64,000 bases of DNA from Phyllobates terribilis (GCF_046119375.1 NW_027362762.1:603694001-603758000); one strand, 5' to 3'. Positions 38,045 through 51,050 are shown, counted from the stretch's first letter. Notes: generated by a model from the letters alone, not told the origin. Made by a program: numbers and translations.

Positions 38045-39096
38045 TGTAGCATCGGCGTCTCTGCCTTCTTCCAGGCAGAGACGCTGTCCCTCTCACCTCC
38101 TCACTCCCCACTCTCCTTCCCAGCCTGTTGTCGGCGCGCGCAGCCCTGTAGCTTCGACGTCTCTGCCTCCTGCCGGGCAGAGACGCCGTCCCTCTCACCA
38201 CGGTCCCCGCTCTCCTTCTCAGCCTGCTGTCTGCGCTCGCAGTACCCCGGGCACTGTGCTTTGGGTGCGCGCGCGCCCCCCCCCTCTTAAAGGGGCCGCG
38301 CGTGCCGTCCTAAGGAGTCCCCGGCCAATAGCCGAGGGTCCTCCCATATATAGGGCACCTCCTCCAAAATGGAGGTGCCCGAGCAAAGTTGTTGCACAGT
38401 TTCTGATCTCTGATTCAGCCCCCAGGTCCCGCTGCTAACCTGACTCCTCGTCCTGCCTGCCAGCCTGTTATCTGCCCGTTACCTGCCGAGCCTGCCAGCC
38501 TGCTCACCTGGAGAACTCACCTGTTACCTGCCTGTTACCTGCCCTGTCTGCCAGTCCGCTCACCTGGAAGCATCCATCTGTTACCTGCAGAGTCCATTAG
38601 CCCGCTCACCTGGGAGCGCTCACCTGTTACCTGTTGTGTCCGTCAGCCCGCTCACCTGGGAGCGCCCACCTGTTACCTGCCTGTTACCTGCCTTGTCGGT
38701 CTGCCCGCTCACCTGGGAGCGCCCGCCTGTTTCCTGCCAGCCTGCCTGGAGGCTCTGCCATCACTTGCTGTGACCACCTGCCTGGTAAACCTAGAGACTA
38801 CTACCTGCTCTGCTGTCACGTACCGTGACCACCTGTCAGCTACCAGAGACTTCTGCCCGCTTGCCGTGTCCATCCGTCATACCGGTCAGTCCCAGCCATC
38901 TGACCCGTGGGAGCCACCTGCTCTCTTACAAGGTCGTCCCCAGAGTAGCACCTGGTCCCTCAGCCCGGATCTTCCATGGTCATGGTGTCGTTTGCTGCCG
39001 TCCGACCAGGGTCGGTTCGGGTTGATACTTAGTTACACCCCTCTGGGTCCCTCCTTGCACCTCGGCACAGAGGTTCCACCACCCGGACCCGTAACA
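38045..39096 (+). mobile_element. Solo LTR nested in the hAT element
   Basis: TGTAG...TAACA; 5-bp TSD TGAAT; internal CTCACCTGGGAGCG-type repeats. Confidence 0.75.
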
Positions 39097-39943
39097 TGAA
39101 TTGTGACTTACTTTGTTTCTGGAGGGAGTTGCACCTGATGGTAAGATTGATTGCTCCAGCTGATGAGGTCGAGCATCTGGAGTCTCTGCACAAGGACTGA
39201 GTCGCTGCACTGCTGGTTGCTGTGCATTTGTATTTCTAAAAATAGCCCCAGGTATCAGGGGCCAGGAATAATTTTTTTTTGGATCTTAATCCTGATTATT
39301 TGCTTAAAAAGCAATCCAGAGAACACCGTTTTTCTGCTCCATTTGCTTTTTGGCACTGCAGAATACAGCCAGGTCCTTTCCATATTACAGCGCTAAAAAT
39401 CCTTCTATTTAAAACTGTGGTTTGTCCGCCACGGATCACATATAAGTGCGCTCAAAATTCTGCCATTTCTGGCCTCCATTGAAATTTTGTTGCAGTGTGT
39501 TAGTGAAGTTATTGACACCAGTGCGCTGTTAAAAATAGTTACCTACAGGCCAGCTATTTAAAACTGTGGTTTGTCCGTCACACGCATCACATATCACTGC
39601 GGTTCAAATTCAGCCATTTGTAGTGAACATGGAAAATATTGTCCTCCATTTAAAATGGGCAAGGCGTGTGGTAAGGGACGGGATGTGGACGTGATGGTGA
39701 TGAAGGTGCATGAAGAGGACGAGGCCGAGCCCATGGGCTAGCTGAAATTGTGCCACAACAAAAACCCACATCTTCTCACTCGACCTTCCTGTCCCAATTA
39801 ATAGAGGACCGCAGAACATCACTATTGAACACAGAACAGTGTGAAAAGGTTATTGGTTGGATAGCAGGTAATGCTTCAAGACACTTAGCCACCACCACCT
39901 TCCATACAGTCAAGTCTCAGTAGCCGTGAGTCTGGACTGCATA

Positions 39944-41240
39944 CAGTACAGACCAAAAGTTTGGACACACCTTCTCATTTAAAGATTTTTCTGTATTTTC
40001 ATGACTATGAAAATTGTACATTCACACTGAAGGCATCAAAACTATGAATTAAAACGTGGAATTATATACTTAACAAAAAAGTGTGAAGCAACTGAAAATA
40101 TGTCTTATATTCTAGGTTTTTCAAAGTAGCCACCTTTTGCTTTGATGACTGCTTTGCACACTCTTGGCATTCTCTTGATGAGCTTCAAGAGGTAGTCACC
40201 GGAAATGGTCACCAGTAAAGCACCCCCACACCATCACACATCCTCCTCCATGCTTCACGGTGGGAACCAGGCATGTAGAGTCCATCCGTTCACCTTTTCT
40301 GTGTCGCACAAAGACATGGTGGTTGGAACCAAAGATCTCAAATTTGGACTCATCAGACTAAAGCACAGATTTCCACTGGTCTGATGTCCATTCCTTGTGT
40401 TCTTTAGCCCAAACAAGTCTCTTCTGCTTGTTGCCTGTCCTTTGCAGTGGTTTCCTAGCAGCTATTTTACCATGAAGGCCTGCTGCACAAAGTCTTCACT
40501 TAACAGTTGTTGAAGAGATGTGTCTGCTTCTAGAACTCTGTGTGTGTGGCATTGACCTGGTCTCTAATCTGAGCTGCTGTTATTCTGCGATTTCTGAGGC
40601 TGGTGACTCAGATAAACTTATCCTCAGAAGCAGAGGTGACTCTTGGTCTTCCTTTCCTGGGGCGGTCCTCATGTGAGCCAGTTTCTTTGTAGCACTTGAT
40701 GGTTTTTGCAACTGCACTTGGGGACACTTTCAAAGTTTTCCCAATTTTTAGCACTGACTGACCTTCATTTCTTAAAGTAATGATGGGCACTCGTTTTTCG
40801 TTACTTAGCTGCTTTTTTCTTGCCTTAATACAAATTCTAACAGTCTATTCAGTAGGACTATCAGCTGTGTATCCACCAGACTTCTGCACAACACAACTGA
40901 TGGTCCCAACCCCATTTATAAGGCAAGAAATCCCACTTATTAAACCTGACAGGGCACACCTGTGAAGTGAAAACCATTTCCGGTGACTACCTCTTGAAGC
41001 TCATCAAGAGAATGCCAAGAGTGTGCAAAGCAGTCATCAAAGCAAAAGGTGGCTACTTTGAAGAACCTAGAATATAAGACATATTTTCAGTTGATTCACA
41101 CTTTTTTGTTAAGTATATAATTCCACATGTGTTAATTCATAGTTTTGATGCCTTCAGTGTGAATGTACAATTTTCATAGTTATGAAAATACAGAAAAATC
41201 TTTAAATGAGAAGGTGTCTCCAAACTTTTGGTCTGTACTG
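39944..41240 (-). mobile_element. Internally deleted copy of the DD38E Tc1 family
   Basis: Same TIRs as 27988-29615; TA TSD; transposase N-terminus on the minus strand; the second D through E of the catalytic domain is deleted at ~40210. Confidence 0.92.
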
Positions 41241-41589
41241 TATTCCTCACCCTGATCCTCTTTCCTCCCACCATGCCGAGTGCCCGGAGACAACTGATCT
41301 CACACTTGGACACTCCGAAGAGTTGTTAATTTTTCCATTTATAGATTCATGCCTCTCGCCCTCTCCACTTGAAGTGTCACAAAAGGTGGACGTTGATGAG
41401 ACACAATTGCCAGAAAGTCAGAAGGAGGACCAGGGTGCGGAACTGGAAGACACGGTGGTGGATGATATAGTAACTGACCCAACCTGGCGGGGGGGACATA
41501 CAGAGCGAGGAAAGCAACACACAGGGGGAGGGAGGCGTTCCACCACAACAAGCAGTAAGAAGCAATGTAGTGGCCGCAGACAGAAGGTG

Positions 41590-43930
41590 GGCAACCGTTC
41601 CCCATAACATCAACACGACGGAAGTTGCCAGTTCAACTTTTAGGTCTTCCCGAGTCTGGTTGTTTTTTAAAGACTCCGCCGATAACCCCAAAAAGGCCAT
41701 TTGCAACACCTGCCAGGCCAGCATCAGCATGGGTAGCAAAACTACCAGGCACATGGCAGCAATCGACTAAGTGAGCTGAACCCCAGGGTTCAGGCTTCTT
41801 CCGCTGTTGTGCGTGCAAGCCAATCCTCTGTCCATGGCGCATGCGAAGATTCTTCCTGCCCTGCACGTGTTGTTTCACATCCTCAACTAGCACCATCAGC
41901 AAGCACATCCTTGTCCCAGCGCAGCGTTCAGTTGTCCCTACCCCAGTCTTTGGAACGCAAACGCAAATACGCAGCCAACGCCCCACAGGCCACACTACTA
42001 AATTCACACACTTCGCGATTGTTTGCACTCTAAATGTTGCTTTTTAGGTTTGTGGAGACAGAAGCTTTCCGCAACCTGATGGCGGCAGCCGTCCCTCGGT
42101 ACTCGGTCCCCAGCCGCCACTATTTCTCCCGATGTGCCGTCCCTGCATTACACGAGCACATGTCACACAACAATAGCCATGCCCTTAACAATGCAGTTAC
42201 TGGGAAAGTCCACCTAACCACGGACACATAGACAAGTGCTTGTGGGCAGGGGCAGTACATCTCGCTGACGGCACACTCGGTTAACATAGTGGAAGCCGGG
42301 ACCCAGTTAGACCTTGGGACGGAACACATCCTCCCGACGCCGAGGATTGTGGGCCCTGGGTCAATCATGGTTGCCCCCCCATTCTACAGCTCCTGCACCT
42401 CCTCCCCCTCTGCAGCATCCATCTCCGAAATGACCACATCAGTCAAAGGTTGAAAGCACTGCCTTGGCCAAGCAGTATCAGGCTGTGCTGAAGCTAATAT
42501 GCGTAGGTGACAAACCTGACAATGCTGAAGAGTTGTGGACAGCTCTGAAGGAGCAGGCAGATCTGTGGCTCACAACGCTGAACCTACAGCCAGGCATGGT
42601 CGTGTGTGACAAAGGCCAGAACCTGGTGGAGGCTCTGAGGCGTGGCGAGCTCACACACGTACCATGTCTGGCCCATGTGCTTAACCTCGTGGTTCAGCAG
42701 TTTCTCAAAACCTATCCGGAGCTGCCGGATCTGCTTGTCAAAGTACGCCGCCTGTGTGCCCATTTTAGAAAGTCACCTATAGCTTCCACCGCCCTTGCCG
42801 TGTTTCAGCAGCGTTTGCAGCTTCCGTCTCACTGACTGGTGTGTGATATCCCCACGCGTTGGAACTCTACATTGCAGATGTTGGGAAGGATTTGTGAGCA
42901 GAAGAGGGTAGTTGTTGACTACAAGTATCAATAAGGCCGTCGGTATTCAGTTCAGACTCCACAAATAAGACCTCAGGAGTGGACATGGATTTCAGACATA
43001 TGTACCATCCTCCAAAACTTTGAGGACTCCACCAAGATGGTGAGCGGCGATGACGCCATAATTAGCGTCACCAGCCTGCTTCTCTGTTTTCTGAAACGAT
43101 TTCTGCTCACAAAGAGGATGCATTGCAGGCGGAGCACAATGAGATGGAGCAAGGAACTATACAGAGTGATTACACACAGCTCAGCCTCATCTCATTCCAA
43201 CGTGGATTGGGTGACAATGAGGAAGAGGAGGAGCTAGTTTCATGCGCTATAGACGGTACTACCTGCACAACTGTCATACCGTCTGTTCAGCGTAGATGGC
43301 CTGATGACAGGGAGGAAGAAGAGAGCATGGTCAGTCGTTCTCTTGGTGAGGAAACAAAAGTCTTGCCTGTTAGCAGTCTAGCACACATGGCTGAGTTTGT
43401 TACGCTGCTTTTCCCTTGACCCTTGCATTCTCCAAATTTTGGGTGACAGTCATTACTGGTTGGTGACACTTCTAGACCAGTGCTACAAGGAGAACTTTAT
43501 ATTTCTTATTCCTGAGGCAAAATGGGGCAGTACCAGAAGGCTCTTGTTGCGTAATTATTTAAAAAAATTGCATCTAAAAACGCTGGCGGCAGAGGTCACA
43601 GTTCGTTGGACAACAAAGGAGTACAGGCAAGAGAGACACAACTCCAATCCAGCAGAGGCAGGGGAACACTGTCAAAGTTCTGGGACAGTTTTCTCAGACC
43701 CTCCCATCTTACATATCCAAGCTGGACACCTGGCATGAACTGGCTCTCTATGCCTTGGAGGTCCTGGCCTGCCCTGCCACTAGCGTTTTGTCAGAGTGGG
43801 TTTTTAGTGCCGCTGGTGCAATTATAAATGATATGCCTGTCAACTGAAAATGCTGACAGGCTGATACTTATAAAAATGAACAAGGGCTGGATTGGGCCAG
43901 ACTTTTCAAGACCACCGAATGATAGCAGCA
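41590..43930 (+). pseudogene. Degraded hAT transposase (BED finger, catalytic core, dimerisation domain)
   Basis: VWLFF...AICNTC (BED); HLTTDT; VVCD; CLAHVLNLVVQ; TRWNST; ALEVLACPATSV.SE..FSAAG. Confidence 0.88.
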
Positions 43931-44114
43931 TAACATAAACTGAAATCCAGTGTTTTTTTTTTGGGAGGTGTATTCCCATGCACCTCTTCACACCTACACA
44001 TTAGTATACGCTTCCTGATTTTGTCTATTTGCTCTTGTCCTCCCCCTTCTCCTCATCCTCCATCACCATATCATTCACCACCATATCTACTATATCACCT
44101 CCTCTACGTATCTT

Positions 44115-44700
44115 GCAAGGGGCATTGGAGTTCCTCCAAATTTTTGGCAGCTTTTGCATTCACTGCATAGGCAAACACTATGGGAGACACACTTCCTAAT
44201 AATGGGAACATTTTTTCATGAGGTGCTTTACGTCTCTTCCAAGGGGCATTGGAGTGCCTCCAAATTTTTGGCAGCTTTTGCATTCACTGAATAGGCAAAC
44301 ACTATGGGAGACCCACTTCCTAATAATGGGAAAATAGTTTTTAGGAGGCTCTCTGACCTCTACTTCTCTTGCAAGGGGCATTGGAATTCCTCCAAATTTT
44401 TGGCAGCTTTTGCATTCACTGCATAGTCAAACACTATGGGAGACCCATTTCCTAATAATGGGAACATTTTTTCATGAGGCTCTCTACGTCTCTTCCAAGG
44501 AGCATTGTAGTTTCTCCAAATTTTTGCCAGCTTTTGCATTCCTTGCATAGGCAAACACTATGGGAGACCCACTTCCTAATACTGGGAACATTGTTTTTAG
44601 GAGGCTGTCTGACCTCTACATCTCTTGCAAGGGGTATTGGAATTCCTCCAAATTTTTGTCAGCCCTTGCAGTCATTGCATACACAATAACAGTATAGGAG
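44115..44700. repeat. ~125-bp degenerate tandem repeat, ~5 copies, in the hAT 3' region
   Basis: GCAAGGGGCATTGGARTTCCTCCAAATTTTTGGCAGCTTTTGCATTCACTG...GGGAGACCCACTTCCTAATAATGGG recurs. Confidence 0.8.
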
Positions 44701-45529
44701 ACCACACTCATTAATAATGGGAACAACAAAGCATAGCCGGCTGATGGCTCTCTAACAATAGTGAGGGCCGACTGCTGGCCCTTTAAGAATAGTAAGGGCC
44801 GCCTGACGGCCCTATAAAAATAGGCTTTGTGACTTTCAAAGTCCCTCCAACATAAATGAAACAGGATGTGTCTGATGAGGTTAGTCAGATAAGGTTGTAA
44901 AATGTTAAAATTACATTTCCCGGTGAATGCATTTGTCTTGGTTGAATGCCATGCAAAAGTGCAAAAACGCATCAAAAACGCTACATGTGAACATAGCCCA
45001 AGGTGTGGAGGAGCATTTTTGTTTTTTGTTATTTTGCCTTATATACATGTCAATACCCTGGAAAGGATGTTCCTTAACATATTTCCCAGGAAAATTAATT
45101 TTGGTTTCGTTTTTGTATGTTTTATTGTGAGTCCGTAAAAGTGGCGTAATAGCTCTGACAACATTGTTGACAGCAGTGACATGGGAGTCAGCCCTCTACA
45201 GACCGCCAGGGGGAGTCGCCGGAAAAATGCTCGAGTTTCCCATAGACTTAGATTGGGCTCGTTGCTCGGGTCAAGCATCCGAGCATTCCAATTTGCTTGA
45301 CCCGAGCAACGAGCACCCGAGCATTTTAGTGCTCGCCCATCACTAATCATAATGTGTCACAATACATCTTGCCTAACAGTTTCAGGGAAAAAAACACAAA
45401 CCTTTTCCAGGGAAAAGCCACAAAGTTTAGTTAGGCTATGTGCACATGGTGTCTTTTAGACGCTGGTGCAGCCACAGAGATTTTCCAGGCAAAGCCTATT
45501 TTCTTCAAGCAGCTTTGTTGGCGGTTTGA

Positions 45530-47085
45530 CCATTGCTCTTGCATCGGCCTCGCTGCCAGCGTCTTTTACTTTATACTGTGAAGACGAAGGCACTCACTGA
45601 GGCGTGTAGAGCGGCAAAAAGGTAAGATGGCCAAATGTGTATGTAAACAGTAGATCTTTCTTAAGGTCATATGAGAAATCTATATAACCACAGAGAGCGT
45701 ATAGGCTATGATGGAGGCTCTCCTGTTATTGAATAAGCTTGGCATAGTGAAAACAAAGCTCACACCTGAACTGACGCCTATGAAGCCAAAGCAAAAGGTC
45801 GTACAGATGCAGCCGTCAAGGATCAGTGAAGAAGCCTAGAGTCAAGAGTCTAGTACAAATGTAGACCAAGACCTCAGTGGCACCTGTCACTCCTGCTATT
45901 CTTCAATCCCTATAGAAGCAGAAGGAGTGGGAGACTCAGGGAGCCCAGCTGACTGAGGAAGGTTTGTGGTACCAGGGCGGTAAGCTTTGCCTCCCTACTC
46001 AAAGAGGCCCCAAGCAACCCATGGGCTAACACATTTGTCAAAATCAGCTATGCGTGTGATTTGGTGAACAAGGTATGGGTAGCGACAGGGTTCAGTATGA
46101 CGTGTGCCTGACACAACGTAGGAAAACCTGTAAAGACACAAGACACACACCTCTTCGGCTCTACTGTTTCAGAGATTGCAGATTGACTATATACAACTAC
46201 CACGAGTATATGAGTTTGTGCTTGTTTGTATTGAACTCTTTTTAGCTTGACCTGAAGCATATCTGGTGCAGAAGGCTGCAATGTTACTGCTCAAAAACTC
46301 ATGAAGGAGGTGGTATGTAGATATGGGTTCCTGAATAGAAAGAGGTGCACATTTTACAGGAGAGGTCATGAGGGAGATTTTGCAGTCTCTGGGAACTGAG
46401 CAGGCTTTCCACATTCTTTACTCTCCACAGAGTGGGAAGGCGGAAAGGCTAAATGGGATATTAAAGCAAATCTGTGAGCAGGATTTAGCCCTATAAACTA
46501 AAGGCATGGCTATAATGGCGCTGTGATGCTGATTAGTATGATTCCTTATGTGAAGGTATCCGCTTAGTGGCGACTGAATAATGACCTTATGAAGTTTTCA
46601 GAAAATTAGTTTATAGGGCTAAATCCTGCTGACAGGTTCGCTTTAAGTTAAATATCTTGAAGGAAAAGAAGGAGCACGGCAAGCCATGGACTGAATGCTT
46701 GCTTTTTTCTCTTAATAAGATACGGTCAGGTAGAAAAAGTGGTCTCTCTCCATATGAGATACTTTTTTAGTTAAGCACCTACAACAGGATTGTACTTCCC
46801 ACAGGCACTTCAGATGCAGTATGATAGCTTGACCAACGATGAAAAAGCTGTACATAATGGACTAAACAGTGTGCATAAACAGGTGTATTTTGTCCATTCT
46901 AGACCCTGAATCAGTGTCAGGAGCATATGATCTCAAGCCAGGAGACTGGGTCATCTTGAAAGGTCATGTGAGAAAGAGCTGTGAGCCAAGATTTGATGCC
47001 ATTCCTGGTTCTCCAAACAGCAACTTCGGTGAAGCTTGAGGGAAAATCCACTTAGATACACACCAGCCACTGTAAATAATCACAC
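45530..47085 (+). pseudogene. Endogenous retrovirus pol remnant (RNase H and integrase; class I/epsilon-like)
   Basis: FQRLQIDYIQLP (46167), KLMKEVVCRYG, RGAHFTGEVM...PQSGKAERLNGILK, GLSPYEILF, LKPGDWV, KLEGKST.IH.SHCK. Confidence 0.8.
46465..46642. mobile_element. TTAA MITE inserted in the ERV integrase
   Basis: TTAA duplicated (46461-46464, 46643-46646); long inverted arms CAGGATTTAGCCCTATAAACTAA / TTAGTTTATAGGGCTAAATCCTG. Confidence 0.8.
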
Positions 47086-47399
47086 CTCCAGCAGAATAAT
47101 AATCTTTTTGCCAGTTTTAATGAGGGTGGTGGTGTCATTCGCCCCTAACAAGGACATTAATTGAGGTTCTGAATGATGACTGGGATAACAAGTTCATCAG
47201 AAAACACCAGGTGCTCTTAAAAGACATAGACACAAGTACGTCACCTAGGGACTTTTGGATTTGCATTCACAGTCCTGTGAGTTCGAATACTTTAAGAGTG
47301 TAAGCGAGTGGCTCTCGGGGATCATACATACAGTTGAAATCAGAAGTTTACATAAACTATATAAAAAGACACATATGCCAAACATTTAGGATATCCTTC

Positions 47400-50300
47400 T
47401 GTGGCACCCCAGGAGTCCGGTTGCCACAGTGGCATTGCCTCCCTCACAAGGGGGTGATGCCATACCTGGAAGCAAGGAGGGGTCCCCTAATCAGGTTTAG
47501 CTATAATGCAACACTTTCCTGGCTCCAGACCAGCAAGGGGAGCTCCTCCCCTTAGCAACTGGGATCTGGAGGCGGGGTTAGTTAGAGTTAGTGAAAGGAG
47601 TTGAATACAGGACAGCGACGAGGAAAGACCTGGGGAATGGAGCTGCACGACAGTTCACCCCAGAGAGGAGTACCGGATACCGGAGTCCAAGGTTGTGGGG
47701 CACTGAAGGCCCAGCAGCAGAAACTGGAGGGCAGGAGACTGCAGGTCTCCTGGCCCCATCAGACGCCCGGAGGCTCAGCTGCACCATAGGGCCCAGCACC
47801 GCCACGTGGGAGCGACACTCCAGGAAGGCCCGAGCTGCCTGCCATACGGGTGAGCACAAAGACGTTTTACTCAGGGACGAGGGCCACAGCATAGCTATAA
47901 GCAGCAGGGCCAAAGAGATTAGCGTAAAGGGAAGGCCTCCAACTTCACCTGGCGAGGTGGATTCCCAACTTGCTTCCAGGCCGCCCGGACCTCTTCTACC
48001 AGCTAGTACCCGTGCCCCGGTCTGCCTAACCACCGCAAGTAAAGATAAGAGGAAACCACCATTAAGTTGTAGACTGATTATTAACTGCACCACTCCCTTC
48101 ACTACACTGCCCAGCAACATCTATAACGTCATCATTTCCTGCCTTGGAGCTAAGCTCTGCCTGTGGAGAGCTGAACCAACTCTGCTGCGTCATCATCAGC
48201 TCCAGAGAATCTGCACCGCAGCGGCGGCTCCATAAAGCCGCATACCACAGGTGGCGTCACGAACATTATATATAGAAACTCTATTCCCTTTTCTTTAAAA
48301 CCCCTTTTATTGACTGCCCTGGGTCACGGAGGATGGGGCTTCATCAGAGAGCCACAGGCCGATACGGATCTCTTTGTGAACCGGAGGGATGTGGAGTCCC
48401 ACCTTAAGCAAGGACATCCTGACAGGAACCTGTACCCTGGTGACCGAGTCACCTACACCAGGCACAGAGGTGAGCAGGGATGGTATGCCCTGAATGTACA
48501 CAGGGTAGTTGAGGAGGACATGCCCCTGCAATTGGAGGCTGATGACCAGGCTGGGCCAGCCTACAACAATCAGGTGTCTCCCCGGAGGGAGCACCACTTT
48601 TGAACTGTTCCGTTGAAAGAAAAAGTTTAAAGACTGTATATAGTTACCCAGAAGGGTACAGCAAAAATGCAAAGTTAAAAGTGTGTGTTTGAAAAGTTTT
48701 ATAACGTACCCGGTACAGGTACAAGTACATTTAGTCTGTGAGTAGCTAAAAACTTTCTATGTAAATAGTTTTCACTTTTTAAAGTGACCCTTATTGGTTT
48801 TATATTAAAAGACCACTGAACAAAATCCCGTTTGGCACGGCCGAAGACGTGGTCCAAAACCTGGATCACCTATGCCCTGCAGCCATGCCCAGGTCCTACG
48901 TTGAGGGTTTTCGGACGGGTCCCTCATGTTCACCAGATAGCACCTTGTTCAGTGGAATGGACACCCGGTTACAGATCGCGCTGTAACCTGCTAAAAAGGT
49001 TTTATCAGGAAAATGTTTTACATATATGAAGAAAGTTTTATAATGTTTGATAGAAATTAATAAGAAATATGTAAAGTTTAAGAAATGTGCCTCCCATAAA
49101 CGGAAGAAAAGTTGTTTGAAAATTCTTCTAAGTGATGCATCTAAAAATTTTGCATGTCTTTAAACTGCTTTGTTTTTACTCTGTTCCAGCCCGCGGATGT
49201 GCTGTGTTTTACCAGGGGGGTATGTGGCGCCCCTGCGGGTTCAGTCACCACAGAGGTACTGCATCTCACTCTCAGGTAAGGACAGAGTGCTGCCCGGGAC
49301 CCTAACACCTGCATCCAACATTACACTACTCCAGACCGGAGGAGAGGCAAGATGCGCTGCTCTTCTGCTGAGCCCTGTCCCTGGCTGGAGTGGGGGGAAC
49401 CAAGAGAGGGGGAACCATGTAGTGGGTGTGGGTGGAGGAAGCAGCTTAGGGGAGCACTTGAAAAGGATGATATAAAAAGGAGAAGCCATCTTGGGAGTTC
49501 ACTCCAGTCAGAGGAGGAGAGTGTGTGGAGCAGGAGCTTAGCAGGAGCTCTGCTCAGGAGGAGGGCCTAGTGAGAGAGGCACAGGACAGACTGAAGAGAG
49601 GAGAGGAGTGAGAATAAAGGCTCCAGTAAGACAGAAAGGATCCCAGGGGCACGGGCAGTGCGGATGCCACCCGTGTGGCCGAACCCACCAGGAGTGGAAA
49701 AATCAGGTTGCAGAGAGGGAACCGGCTCCTAAACTAGCAGAGTTCTTCAAGTCTCAACTAGATAACTGGAGGGTGCAGAATTGCAGGTGCTGCAGCCAAA
49801 AGCCACATCTAAATCTCCAAAGAGGTGGCCATAGAGAACCCAGGGGACAGAGAAGACGTCGCCCGACAAGGTCCGAGGTGCAGGGAGACGGCCAGAAGGA
49901 ACACACAGAACGGGGTCCCGCTAAGTAAGCTGGAATTGCCTGATGGTTTGCTGAACCCCTCCCTGAGTAAGCACAGGACGACGTGGGAAGTTACCCTGGC
50001 CCTGGTAACTTGGAGTCTAAAAATCGGGAGTAAAACCCTGAAGACTGCACCCCACTATCTCTGCGAATTATTATCATCCCCTGCACCACTCTACAAACCT
50101 ACTTCATCTATAACATTCCTGCAACGCCCTGGAGCTAAGCTCTACCTATTATCATCCCCTGCACCACTCTACACACCTACTTCATCTATAACATTCCTGC
50201 AACGCACTGGAGCTAAGCTCTACCTGTGGAGAGCTAAACCAACTCTGCTGCACTAACATCAGCTCCAGAGGACCTGCTCCGCAGCGGCGGCTCCCTTTTG

Positions 50301-50468
50301 CCGCATACCCACAGGTGGCGTCACAAACTTTATATAAAAACTATAAATCCCCTGTAAATAACCCCCTTTATTGACAACCCTGGGTCACGGACCGGGTCAC
50401 TGCCACTGTGACATCCCCTGCACCGACCGGCCCGGCACCGAGTACCCCACGGCCCAGGGGGCGCGTCA
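47400..50468 (+). mobile_element. Two-LTR deleted element C of the TGTGGC...GCGTCA family
   Basis: TSD CTTC; left LTR 47400-48249, PBS-like 48252; internal region; purine tract ACCAGGGGGG before the right LTR at 49223; second PBS-like site at 50316. Confidence 0.8.
48331..48603 (+). pseudogene. N-terminally truncated cold-shock-domain coding fragment inside element C
   Basis: GWGFI (RNP1-like), DLFVN (RNP2-like), LYPGDRVTY and GEQGWYALNV follow the CSD pattern GFGFI-DVFVH-L.EG..V.F-G.KG..A.NV. Confidence 0.75.
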
Positions 50469-50799
50469 CTTCCACAAGCTTCTCACAATAGTTGGTCGGA
50501 ATTTGGGGCCATTCCTCCTGACTAGTGTTGAGCGAACATGCTGGACACTGCTCGGTACTCGCCCGAGCATCACGCTACTCGGGATGTTCGGCGAGCACCG
50601 AGCATTTCCGGGTTACTCGGGCGGGAGCTCGGGTCTCCGCCCCGCATGTTTGGTGCTCTTTACAGAGCCAATGAACATGCAGGTATTGCCAGCCAGTCAC
50701 TGTAATGCCGCAGCCATGTTGTTTGTGGGCATTACAGTGATTGGCTGGCCGCACAGCGTCACCTCCCAGATGATCAGCCCGTCATGATTGGTGTGTGTG

Positions 50800-51050
50800 G
50801 GTGTCTGTGCGTGTGTCTGCGAGTGTGTGCGATGTCTGTGCGATGTGTGCGGGTGTGCGCTATGTCTGTGCGATGTGTGCGGGTGTGTGCGGTGTCTGTG
50901 CGATGTCTGCGAGTGTGTGCGGTGTCTGTGCGATGTCTGCGGGTGTGTGCGGTGTCTGTGCGATGTCTGCGAGTGTGTGCGGTGTCTGTGCGATGTCTGC
51001 GAGTGTGTGCGGTGTCTGTGCGATGTGTGCGGGATGTGTGCGGGTGTGTG
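50800..51050. repeat. 30-bp GT-rich minisatellite, ~8 copies
   Basis: GTGTCTGTGCGATGTCTGCGAGTGTGTGCG units. Confidence 0.85.

Larger units (their letters stand above)
37333..45345 (+). mobile_element. hAT transposon (8.0 kb including nested insertions)
   Basis: TIRs TAGTGATGAGCG / CGCCCATCACTA; perfect 8-bp TSD ATCATAAT. Confidence 0.9.

Noticed and set aside
47578-48235. 180-214 aa ORFs in the left LTR of element C
   Set aside because: Low-complexity GC-rich LTR sequence, not conserved in the other family copies here.
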